From Glaucostegus cemiculus (lineage: Eukaryota): 64,000 nt of DNA. Numbering within the stretch: the first letter of the stretch is position 1; the number at the start of each line of letters is the position of its first letter. A program made the position numbers and the translations under genes. Under the pieces are notes generated by a model that saw only the letters and a list, made by a program, of their open reading frames with translations, was not told the origin of the DNA and searched no databases. This document shows, piece by piece, positions 25,643 to 37,300 of this stretch. Location: NCBI GenBank assembly GCA_976551045.1, contig CDPCPM010000033.1, forward strand, positions 25,668,001-25,732,000, written 5' to 3'.

Positions 25643-28504
25643 ATGCCATACCACTAAATAGTAGTAAGCTGAATTTGGTTTGGGTGGCATCACAGCAAAA
25701 TACCATAGGAAGGTTAGTACAAACCCTTTGTCTCCATTTAACTCCATTGTGGCAAGAAATAGGGAAATGCTGCTACTGAGGTGAATTCTGCAGCAATTTG
25801 TTATCAGTCCAGTTAAGTATGTAACCATATCATGTAATTTTATTCTGCTTATTGCCATGAAAATAAACTTTAAATCATAGGAAAATCCAGCTGTCCAATT
25901 ATTTAGATTCTAGTTTAGATTCAGAATCCTACAATATCAAATTCTTGGCATCTTTCTTATTCTACAGTGGTTTCTTAAAGACTACAGATTAAGGACAAAA
26001 ATCTATATGCTGAGTCCCATGGCAAAAATTTATTTGTTTTTGGGTTATATTCTATTTTCATTCCTGCCATGGCTCATTTCGTTTTTGGAATCAGAGGCAA
26101 TAATAATATTCCTGCTGTGACCACTGTGAGAGGGACTGGAACACAACTGACACACAGCTACATACTTACTTAAGGAATGGGTCACTTACATTAGGCTTGA
26201 AAAGCACAACTCTTCTATAGAGATTTAATTTAAAAGAAACATTACTGGGGCCCTGTCTTGAATAAAGAAAGCTTTCTCCTGCATCTTAAGTTCAAATCCT
26301 GCCTGAAGATATTTTTTTCTTTTAATAAATTCATATTTATCTTAAAACAGTGGAGATTAAAGTCTCTGTGTAGTTACATGCATAGCTGATTTTCAGCAAA
26401 CTTTGATTGAAGAACAGAATTCTGATTCACCAGAGCTATTCCATCATATAAAATTCCTGATGCAGGCATAACATTTTAATGTATTATCCTGATCCAAGCA
26501 TAAAATGTTCCCCAATTATTCATGTTTTCATTGCTCAGCATATTGAATATTGTCAGTCTAGCATATGTCAGTCATCCTCCTCACACTTAACAACTTCCTG
26601 TGAAAGATCATGTTTTGTAAAATAATGTGTTTAATAATTTGGAACCAGTTTCAGTAGCTGGCCAAAATACATTGAAGGTACTAAATCAGGCCTTTCTAAT
26701 TTACAGAATGGTTGATGAACTTCTGATCCAAAGAAAAATTATTGTTGGGATTTCTCTAACTGCTACCACTGGGAATATCCTAGGGGGAATTCCTCCAATC
26801 TGATATTGTTATTTCAGGAGAGGCCATATCTGCATGGTGCAAACAGGATTTATACAAACTGTCTGCCAAAATTACGGGGGCCAATTTAAAAAATCCCTAG
26901 TACTTTACCTATCCATTCACCAATTTATAGATTTGTCAGTTTGTAAACAGGAGGCAGAACAATCCTGTTATTTACCACATAGAAATGTGAAATATTATCG
27001 AGCGATCCAAATATGTTTATTCAACTGAGAAATGTTTAAGCATCTTCTGTGTTTATTGTGTAGCATTATACAATCTTCTGTGGCATGGACCCTGAGCAGA
27101 GGGGCACAGACAAAAGCCCAAGGATCAGTAAGATGTAGAAATAGTCCAACTGTAGGGATAGTTTCAGACAGATTGAATGGCCTTCATCATGTCTAAGTGT
27201 TCAGTGATCTTAGTCAATGTAGTCATCTGGTTATGTGTGTATTTTTTTTGTCAATTGACACATGTTTTGGATCTTTAACACACTCTTCATGTTGCTCCAC
27301 ATTCTTCCAATTTTCTTCTCCTCCTGGCACATTGTTAACATATATTAAATTTCAACTTGGAACTAAATGGAAGCATGAGTTGTAAATACAGTAATAGAAT
27401 GATAATCAGGTAACTGTGACTTTGGCAAAGTGCATATTTTAAATAAGAGATCTGGAGTAGCACATATCTGAAAGAATGAGTAAGTAAACTCAGCTTTATT
27501 GGTTTTATATCAAACTGTCTCCTGAAGGCTTGCCCTGTTGTCAATACTGTATTTCTCAATCTGCTTGCAATAAGCTACATAACTAATGTAGCACTCCAAC
27601 AGCTTTGCAGCAACACATTCCATGACAATATTCCTGCTGAATGTACTAATCTATAGTGCAACTTTGATATAACATATGGAATAAAATTGCATCACCGCGT
27701 GCCCCAAGACTTGCAGTTCAGTATTCCATGAATTGTATCTGTAGTACACAGAAATAGCAGAGAATGGGGGTGAATGTGGGAGAAGCTGTAATGAACTATA
27801 TTAAAATTTCCAGAATTAGACGAATGTTAGTTTCACTTATAATAAGGGTAGCTTTATTAAAGTTGTTCCCCAACATCCATGTTTTATCAAAGTTATTCAG
27901 TCCTTGTTATATTAAAAATGCAATGTAATTCAATGGAGAGCACATTATAATAGAGGAGCACTTATCACACTCTCAAGAAAGGTTGACTTTGAGCCTTATC
28001 TAATCAGTGAACTGATGCTCATTGATTTTTGTCTGTAGGTTCATCAAAAAAAACCTTGAAATAAAATCACTGTTTATTGCCAAATGTGCAGTATCGGTAA
28101 ATTAATAAATTCTGACATGAATCCTTCAGCACAGCTCATGGAATATGGATACTGAGCAAGGAAGGTGGTAGGGGAGGGAAGGAATGTTAATTCCAGGATA
28201 AAACAAGCAGCCTAATAAAAAGCTGGGCCACCTGAGATTGGTAAGCACAGATCCACCAGGCCATTGGCTGATGTCTTGACCAAAATGGCAGTATTTGCCT
28301 GACCTGCGACTAAAGTCAGGGTTCTTAGATATTATGAATTAATTGAGGTAAAAGTGATTTGTTGGTGATCAGTAAGTTGGGGTGGGATTAGTGGAGGACG
28401 AACAAGGGAACCTGATAGGGGAAGATCGACCCTTCTCAGGTGGAGCAAAATTCAAAACTGTGATCAGCAGGATGAAAAATAGTCCAGTGGATATGATCCC
28501 TGCT

Positions 28505-28722
28505 TCATTTTAACTGTGGTTGATATCTGGAACCCACTGCCAAAGGAGGTGGTAGAATCGGATATAGTTACTACATTTAAGAGGCATTTAGACAAGCACT
28601 TGAATAAGCAAGGAGTATGAAGATGTGGTCCTAATGAGGGCAAATGGAGTTAGTGTAGATGGATAAAAAGGTTGGCAGAGACATGATGGGCCAAAGGGCC
28701 TTTTTCTGTGCTGTATGACACT
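28505..28722 (+). mobile_element. CR1 3' end fragment
   Basis: V.DIWNPLPKEVVESDIVTTFKRHLDKHLN followed by 'atgggccaaagggcctttttctgtgctgtatgacactatg'. Confidence 0.85.
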
Positions 28723-29544
28723 ATGCGCAAGCACCAACACCAGGTGAGCCAGTTAAAGTCCCTTCCTGCTGTTACAGGGACTTTCACCACTTCCTTTGTC
28801 CACTGTCACCACAAGTTTCTAATTCTGATTTTGTTTGCTGATGAAATCTGTTTTCCCATTCCTTTAAGGATCTTTCTGTCTGGTATCCAGGTGAATTAAG
28901 ATTTCCTTTTATTCCACTCCAATGTTTTTTTCATTTTGTTATCCTGGGAAAATGCCAACTAGCTACCTATGTTTGCTCACCCAAGTTAATTTTATTGTAA
29001 CTTATTGTATATAATTTCTGATTCAGATAACCTAGAGGTAGTTTTAACCCACAAACTGTGGTACAGGAATGGTTGTGTTGGGAGAGGTTGGAATTTTAAA
29101 TGTCTTAAACCAAATCCCATTCTGTTAGACAAGAGCTCACTTCTTCATTTAACAGCTGGAAAGGGAGTGGTGACAAACCCACTATCTGGAGATGCGCAGT
29201 TTTGGCAGAGGAGGCATGGCTCCATTTTGGCAACTATTTTTTGTTTAATTCATGGTGTTCAAAAGGAACAATCAGCAGGTAAAAAGAACTGAGTGGGCTG
29301 AATCCATCAGAGAAATTTCATTCAGCCTAGGAGGGGCAGGAGTATTTCCTTCTCACCCAGCAAGCTTGCCTCCAAACCCATGCATAATCAATTACCCCTC
29401 CCCTGGACTTTACTTCAAGATCCCCTCCATGCCCAGCACCACCTTTTTTGCATCTAGCTACCATTCAAAATCCAGGACAACGCACAACCACAAATTCTCC
29501 TGTTCCCTCAACCATCATAAGAACCCACACCCAGAAATATTAGG

Positions 29545-29668
29545 TCTAGACCACTGACCCAGAACATGAATCCACCCTCCCCTCCACTGATGCTTCCAGT
29601 CATGCTGTATGTTTCCAGCACATTCTCCTTTTTTTCAGATTTCCTGCAACTGCAATATTTTTCTCTTT
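29545..29668 (+). mobile_element. Heavily decayed Penelope-type short repeat
   Basis: 'ctccactgatgcttccagtcatgctgtatgtttccagcacattctcc...ttcagatttcctgcaactgcaatatttt' is colinear with the other copies. Confidence 0.5.
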
Positions 29669-31994
29669 GTTCATTTATTAGCCATCATTTCTGTGCAGTA
29701 CAAATACTTGTCGTATTTCTCATTCCCACGTGGATAAATATAAAAATGACAAGAAATGTTCCATCACTGGGAATGCAAATACATTTTCCAGGATCAATCT
29801 ATGAATGAATATGAGAATTTCTTTCTTAACATGTGGAACCCAATATCTGAATGCTTAATGTAGTGCAAATACAGAACAGAAAAAGACTTTCCCCAAATGT
29901 CTACTTAGACATAAGCCTCCATAATCTTTGCATTTGTACAGCAGAAATTCAGGCTCAATATTTCTTTCAAAGGATGTGATTTTCTTCCCCTATAGACACA
30001 GTCCAAGTATATTAAACATTCAGATGTGAATAGTGATTTGTTAATCTGCCCTTGGTTAATCAAACAACCATGAAAATCTGCCACCTCCATATAGATCCTT
30101 GTCATTTTAAGTGAAGCTCAATGGGATTCACTGCTACAATGACTCTGTCTTTGCTTGTGCATCTGTCTGTAAATAACATTAGGAGCAACCATTATATCTC
30201 ACCTACCAGATGACATTTGGTAAACTGATCAATAAAAGTAAAAGGTTAGCTGTGAAATTCATAAATTTCTGACTTTGATAAACTTTTCTTTAACTTTAAG
30301 GTATTTAAAATGACAGCCTCATGTTTTAGTTATTCTAACAACTGAGACAAATGTCCATAGGAAATTTAAAAAGAAAATCTTTATGGCATCATTAAGTCAC
30401 TAACAGTGAACCAGGCAGTCCTAATGAAACTTGGCTTGTCTTATTAGGTTTGTTTGCTTTTGTCTGAACAGGAGAATTTGGCCAGGTCAGACATAGTCAT
30501 TCCATTAAAACAACCTGTGCAGCTTACAGCAGAAACAAAACTGCTCCTTGAGCGACGATATATCCAATAATAGGTGGCTAGTTGTGTGTCAAAAAGCACT
30601 TACACAATCAAGACAGCCAGTTGACATCATAAAGCAGGAGAGTAGAGCTCAAGTAGTTATGTTATTTGAACTCTGAGATTTGTGTAACTACCTTGAACCT
30701 ACTCATTGTTGTTTGTTATTTTACAGACTGTGGCAGCAAATGGCAGACAGTGAGTTCACAGCAATTACAGAAGGCCATTGCAATGGTGGAGGATACATTA
30801 CAAAGACCCGTGGGATAAGATTTAGATCTCACAAGTGGGTTGACCTGATAATTCACAAGCAATTTTTGTTGTTTGCAAGTTATGGACAGCGGCACAAAGC
30901 AAGATATAAATTATATCCCATGGGTCTTCATAATGTATTCTGTTTAACTCATAGTGCATGTATTAATTTAGCAAAAAATCGTAAGGTTAATTAAGCAAAG
31001 AGGTAAAAATAAAAGATTGGTTTAGTGATGCACAACATTCTTTTGCATCTTGGTTCCAGGGCATGTTGGGCACTGTAAATACTCATTAACTATTGCTGTG
31101 TGTGGTGATGTGAAGTCTTGAAACTTCCAATATTTTTCTTCAATGGGTTCAAAAGAAATATCTTGAAATAATTAAAATATGATGCCAATAGTATTTAATC
31201 TAAGTAATGGAATTAAGAGCAGAATAAATTATTAGTCACTTGCAGTTACTGAAAGGATGATTGATAGGAGTCTGCAAAATTTTCTATACTATTATTTTGC
31301 ATTGTACATACAACAGAGTTTGCATGTGCTATTTTTCCCAAGTGAAAAAATTATTATGGTATTACAAACTACTAAATCATTCCCATAAATTTCTCCATAA
31401 TTTTTAAGTGATAATTGTACTCTGTTGAAACAGTACACATTTAAGATCTAAATTATTCACATCAAGCCATGATGTAATAATTGTACTTTTTAATGTAATT
31501 ATATTTTTAATAACTGAGTGAATTCTCTTTCATTTAATCTTTCTGGCGATGCTTTGACCCCCATTTTTCAGTTGACACACCCTTCTCTTGTCCTTTTTAA
31601 ACATAGCAACATTTTTATTCACCAGCACACGTTTTTGTTTTGGATGCTATAAGAGCTCTTGGAAGTTCAAATGCCATTTGTAAGCTGCACATTTCTAGCA
31701 TCACTCCTGCCTGATGCCATATTGGTGAGGGGTTAGTGTGTGTACCCCGATGCCAATTGCAAGACTGCAGAATGAGCACGTTATGACATCAAATTACTAA
31801 ACAGTGGTGAAATGTGCAGAGTTAGACATATTGGAGTGGCCCCCTCTCAGCTATTGTTAAAAGGAACATTGACTACTTTAAGGCTAGTTATTAATTACTT
31901 TCTGCTCACTGTTGTGATGCTAGAAGTGTTGTTCAGTATGATGGGAATAGAGTGTTAGACATAAAGTGTTTTATGCAAACTTTTGGCTTCTACA

Positions 31995-32207
31995 TAAATT
32001 AAAAATGAAAAAAAAAACTGGAAATTCTCAGCAGATTGGGCATCATTTATAGAACAATAAACTTTACATTTCAAGTCACTGACCTTCCATTTCAACTATA
32101 GAAAGGTCATCAGGCTGAAATGTTAATTCTCTCATCACAGATGCTGCCCATTGAGTACTTGTGCAGTTTTTGTTTTTATTCTGGATTTTCAGCAATTGCA
32201 GTGTTTC
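31995..32207. mobile_element. Inverted pair of Penelope-type repeat arms inserted within the Harbinger element
   Basis: The left arm 'ctggaaattctcagcagattgggcatc...catttcaagtcactgacctt' and right arm 'aaggtcatcaggctgaaatgttaa...cagatgctgcccattgagtactt' are imperfect reverse complements. Confidence 0.65.
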
Positions 32208-32406
32208 ACTCCAACGCTAACTACTTGTTCCAGTTATGGGACATTAGTAAGTTCTCCCATTCCAAAACAGTATGGCAGTGAGAGCAAGCAGAGGATATGC
32301 CACTGGACCAGCTGCTGGTAGTTGTAGAGCAGGGGAGGAAGAGGAGAAGATCTCCCATCAAGAAGGCTACCTTGCCAGGACTGTCGAGGGCAATTCTCCA
32401 CACAGC

Positions 32407-33031
32407 AGGACCAAGACCTCAATGCCAGTGGCCATCAGGGTCACAGAAGCCATAATCTTTTGTACATATTGCTTCTTTCAAGCTGAAACTGGAGATATTT
32501 AGATTGCCTTGCAATTTGCCATTTTCTACTGAACAAGGAAGGTACCTTTACAAAACTGCTGACTATATTTCACTCTCTATTGTTGAAAAGCAGCAGGTGG
32601 AGAGAGCACAAGGTATTTCAAAGCTTTTTTTGTTTTTCATGGTCCAGGTTGACGTTGCCTGAACACAAGTCACTTTGCAGCTGTCACATGTCACTGCTTC
32701 CTGATACTGGGATGAAAAGGAATTCCACTCCTTCAGTATCTAGGTGGTGTATGATTATGGACAATAAAAAAAAGGTCACTGCTTGCTATCCTGGCAGCAT
32801 TCTTCTGTGCCATCTACATTTGAACACTTGGCAAAACATGTGGTGGGCCCTGAATGATGAAAGCAATGTACTGATGACATGGCTGATGGATCCAATGTGC
32901 ATTACCCAGTTATGCGGCCAGTGTGCAGACAATGAGAGCCACGTGACAGACCAACCACTGGCAGGTTGAAGCAAAACATCCACGACCTGGAGTGGTCTGG
33001 GGACGTCCACCAATACTCAGCTGAGCAGGTG
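32407..33031 (+). pseudogene. Harbinger (HARBI1-family DDE) transposase pseudogene
   Basis: Pieced translation: TSMPVAIRVTEAIIF..FFQAETGDI / ADYISL..EKQQVERAQG / KEFHSFSI*VVYD / VTACYPGS / LNDESNVLMTWLMDP..ADNESH / LKQNIHDLEWSGDVHQYSAEQV. This is colinear with Harbinger motifs (KGFHSLNVQLVCD, ARYPGS, LGDKGYPL..WLMTP, YNESH, LKQRFRCL..SGG.LQY). Many stops and frameshifts. Confidence 0.8.
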
Positions 33032-33771
33032 CCCTGTTTGAGGCCACACATCACCATCATGAGGGCACAGCTGTCACCAGCAGCTATAGGATGAACAAGT
33101 TAGCAGGGTTGCTGGATCTGACACAGCAGCATTCTCTGCTGCCTCACCCATTTCTATATCACCTTGGTTCATTGTGCAAAGGGAATTAGCCACTTCTTCT
33201 ACAATGGAAAAGATTGGCTTCCAAACTCTGTGCAAAAACGTCATGCTAGGTCATTATCAGGATCTTCCATACACCTGACAGTGAGCAAAGACTAACTGGC
33301 AGACATCTCAGTGCATCGAGCATTTCAATGTGTATGCCGATTAGCTGTCTTCTGTAGCAGCTCCCAACCATGGACGTGTTTATCCTCTCCAGCAGAACCT
33401 GTGTGCAGTCTTTGCCTGCAATCAGCTTGCACCTGTGCTGTCCTTTTACCTGCCCTGACTGCAGGATTGATGTAGCACTCCATGTCGATCCTACCTTTAA
33501 ACTATATACAATATCTGCATATGAGCTGACGGCTGCGAGAGTGAAATCCAATGACCACGAGTCTTAATCAGCATTGCGTTTTTAGATACTCTTGCCTCAA
33601 CTCACCAGGCTATGGTTCATGGGCTAATGAAATGTAAAAGGGGCAACAGTAAGGCTATAGTGTAGAGGGTAGAAACTGCATGTTTATACTGGTTGCAGCT
33701 TGTAAATGGGGAGAGAATATGGGCTGAGGAGGAGGTGCAATGTAAAAAGGAAGATGAAGAATGAGGATTCC

Positions 33772-34385
33772 TTATCTTTGAGTTCAGCCCTGATGCTGGC
33801 AACAGTCCCAGCAACTGATGGCCAATGATGGTCGGGATAGTTTCGTCAAAGGTATTTTGAACATGCAGCCACCCCTGTCGCCTGATGTTATTTGCCGATT
33901 TCTCCATTTCAGCACTACTCTCTCCTGCAGGAGAGGGAAGTGTGTCAATGGGTGTCATGGAATGTGTTTGGAGGGTGTGGCTGTCATGATTAAATAGCTG
34001 GAAGTGCATTCAAGCTGAAATGTTGGCTTTCGACAGTGCACTGTATTAAGTGCGAGGCTGGAGTAAAACAAATGGATGTTTTAAGGTCAGTGGCTGTGAT
34101 ACATTGAATAATGTCTCAGGCTGGTCATGCATTTGGCTGAATTTGGAATTACATTTGCAAACTTTGGCCACTGACGTGAGGCCATGGAATGAATGTCTTC
34201 TGGCAATGCATCTGGGACTTTGAGCTTAACTCCAAGCATTGATCTATAAGGTGTCTCCTCCCATTGTTTCCTTTACATGTTAGAAAGCCTCCTGATCTCC
34301 TGCAGATGGAGAATACCAACTCTGTTCCAACTCTGACTTCAGAGTATCCGGTCTGTAAACCTTGAAATCTGCTCGTCCCCTCTTC
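33772..34385 (-). pseudogene. Harbinger Myb/SANT-like DNA-binding gene remnant, two exons (about 34385-34163 and 33924-33772)
   Basis: Minus strand gives QISRFTD / GILHLQEIRRLS..RKQWEE / INAWS / MHCQKTF / HGLTSVAK|GT, then acceptor cttccctctcctgcAG and ERVVLKWRNRQITSG / LHVQNTFDETIPTIIG. This follows the Myb-like pattern (PRFSD..WE.VA..VN..QC.KKFNDL; TGGG..LTP.EE.V..IIG). Confidence 0.6.
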
Positions 34386-36239
34386 CTCACACCCGCCCTC
34401 TCACTCCCCACCTGTAGTATTTTGCCATCTCTAAAGCTTCCCAGGTAATTTTCAGCTGTAAATTTCCTGCCAGCACCTGCTGCAACCAGAGTGCCCCTGC
34501 ACTTTCAAAGGCGAGGGTTAGATATGTAATCAGCACAGGCTCATTTTAACTAATGTCAACCATTCATCCTGCTGAAGTGCCCAGCCAGATCAGGATGGTG
34601 GCACAGGCGTGATCCTCCAGTCGAAGAAATGTGTGCAGAGCTTCTCTCCTCCCAGCACTGCAATCAGAATCATATTTTTAGGGCCATTGAATTTACTTTC
34701 GTTATCTTTTCTATCACATCTGCCTCTTCTCACCACTGCTTTGTTTCTGCTGGGCTTCAGTAATTTTCTATAATTCTGCTAAAAGTTATAGCCCACCTCA
34801 TGTCACATATTCCGTTGACAAACTGATTCTGATCAAGGGATGGCATAATAACCTTGTATTACTATAAGCATAAATTACCCATCCTACTCTAAATAGAGGT
34901 CCTTTATCACTAAATAACATAGTCATTATAAACAAGGCGGCTTTCAAATAATTGCTGCAAGACATTTTTTACTAAGAATATAAAATTCAATATGTGTGAA
35001 TATATTAAAAGGATATAATTAAACATGATAGCATAATTTATGTTACTATGATGGTAATATTCAAATGATTTGTGAAGATATCATTTTTGATAAATGGAAT
35101 TAATAATTTTGCCTCATTTTAAAATGCTTTTTAAAATTTATCCAGCTAAACTACATAAAGTTTTTGTGCATGTCCTTTAAAACCATATTATATTCTTGTC
35201 AGAAATGGCTGTCAGCCGCTTTGCTGAGCTGGGGGTAATAACATGACGTAAGATCTCATGCATTACATTTCTGTATATCAAGCAACAGAATTGTGAGGAG
35301 GTTTTGTTACCCGTATTATACTGTGTGGAGCATCACAAATGATAACAATGTTGCTTTTTCATCTGCTTCTATTATTTTCCAGCAGTTCACCTCTGTCACG
35401 GTGCCTACAGCTGCAAAGGCATGGAAGCAGAACTGTGGATTCCACCTCAGCACCAATGTTCCACAGTGATTTGGCCATTCAGAGGTTTGTCTCTGCCTGA
35501 AGATGGATATAGGTGAACCAGACTCCTGTCAGTTTTTCCCCAAGAGGACTATACAATCCCACCAGAAGCCACAGAAGAACTGATGGAACTCATCACACAC
35601 ATTGTTAAAGCGACAGCCTCTGTCAAAACTCAAACCTCCTGTCACAGTGATGTCAGATGAGTGCCCTATTGCTTTATCACCACACCACTGAAGAAATGAT
35701 TTTGGAATAGTCCCTGAAGTAAAGTCTCTCCTTCATGCTTTTTCACTTTAGTATGCTGTTTATTTTAGCCGTCTTTAGTAGTGATAGGCCATTACAAATA
35801 CTGGATCTGAGACACTGCATGCACTTATACTGAGGGCTCACAGCTACATTTCCACTGTCGGTCTAAATCTGTTCAGACTCTGTAACATCCTTGGTTTTGG
35901 GCTTGAGACCTTCACACTGGGCAAAGTGTACAGGTCCAGATATACTCTGCAGAGGCAGAGATCAGAACTGTTTTTTTTAACCTCATTACTGGGACTCCTC
36001 TGGAAAAATGCCTGAGGTTTGCTCATTGACCCTATCTGTTACAGTCAACCTTTAAGGATCCAAGCCGTGGTGTAAGGTTGGATGCCGAGTGGACCTGACT
36101 TCCTGCTGGCCAGCAGGCTGACGCATCCACTTGCCTCGGATGTAGCAGCCCCCACTTCTGCTGAGCTGAGGACAAGGAAACTCCAGGATTTGCTCTGGGA
36201 CTTCCCAAGACCAGGGTTCACCCCACCCCCCACTTTCGC

Positions 36240-36510
36240 AGGATTAGGGAATCAAAAATCAGAGGACAATGGGTTTAGGGTCAGAAGGGAAAGATTTAAG
36301 AGGGACCTGAGGGGCTTTTTCACCCAGAGCTTGCTCCGTATATAGAATGAGTTTCCAGAGGAAATGGCTGAGGCAGATACATTGGATAGGAAAGGTTTGG
36401 AGGGATATTAACCAAACATGGGCAAATGGGATGAGCTTAGGTGGGAATCTTGGCAGGGATCAGTTAGCTGAAGTGCCTGTTTCCTTGCCGTATGGCTCTA
36501 TGACCATGAC
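36240..36510 (+). mobile_element. CR1 3' end fragment
   Basis: FRVRRERFKRDLRGFFTQ at the end of ORF 36082..36345, plus tail 'gctgaagtgcctgtttccttgccgtatggctctatgac'. Confidence 0.85.
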
Positions 36511-37141
36511 TACATCTTGGGTCACTGTCCTCATACTGGTGAAGTTGTGCCTCCATGAAGGTCCTGCAATGACTGGAGGATTAAGAGCTGGTGAGCTTAG
36601 TTCCTGGTTTCACTCAACACTTGGGCAACATTGATGCTAGTCGTGGCAGCAGTGCACCGGGAGGACAGCAGCACATAACATGAGGCATTACATACTTAAT
36701 AGATCCCACTCTCTTCCCATTGTACTTCATGATGTAAAATATTTGGCTGGAGTCAATGTGGGTAGAAATCCCCCTTTTGACACCATATAGATGGAAATGA
36801 AACCAGTGTGTCCTTTGGGGGTACATTTCCGACCAGGTTTTCAGGCTTGCTTCTCCTTTAATAATTTGGTGCACTGAGGATTTCCTGCTCTGGCCATCAA
36901 GGCAGCTCAGTGCCTGTTTCAGAGTGGGGAGTTGTGCTGTACACCTGTCCCGCAACACCCATCTCTGCAATCCTTGGCTTCCTACTATATGAGGATCATG
37001 GCAGGATCCCAGCCATTCTGCCCCCATAAAGTACTGCAGTATGGCAAAAGGCTGTCCACTCATTGTCCCTAGGATGTATCTGTTTCTTTTTGAAAAGTTC
37101 TCATAAATTTTTATTGATTCCCAGTGTACGCGTTGGTTTTT

Positions 37142-37300
37142 TAAGAACATAAGAAACAGGAGTATTAGGCCATTCAGCCCCTTGAACATACTCTGCTATT
37201 CAATAAAACTATGGCTGCACTATCCCCATATCCTTGATTCTTCTAAATCCAGAAACCTATTGATCTTTGTTTTGAACGCAATCAATAATGTGATCTCCAT
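37142..37300 (-). mobile_element. CR1 3' UTR fragment
   Basis: 'taagaacataagaaacaggagtattaggccattcagccccttga...ctatggctg' is the reverse complement of a CR1 terminus. Confidence 0.75.

Larger units (their letters stand above)
31545..34685. mobile_element. Fossil autonomous PIF/Harbinger DNA transposon (convergent transposase and Myb/SANT-like genes); ends uncertain
   Basis: Based on the two pseudogenes listed separately. TIRs could not be identified with confidence. Confidence 0.6.

Noticed and set aside
30727-30840. Plus-strand exon after ttgttattttacAG (similar case at 35383-35483)
   Set aside because: The acceptors are plausible, but the donors are weak or ambiguous and the peptides are unrecognisable.
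32407-33031. Host HARBI1 gene
   Set aside because: Multiple stops and frameshifts and an adjacent convergent Myb-like remnant indicate a dead transposon copy, not the domesticated gene.
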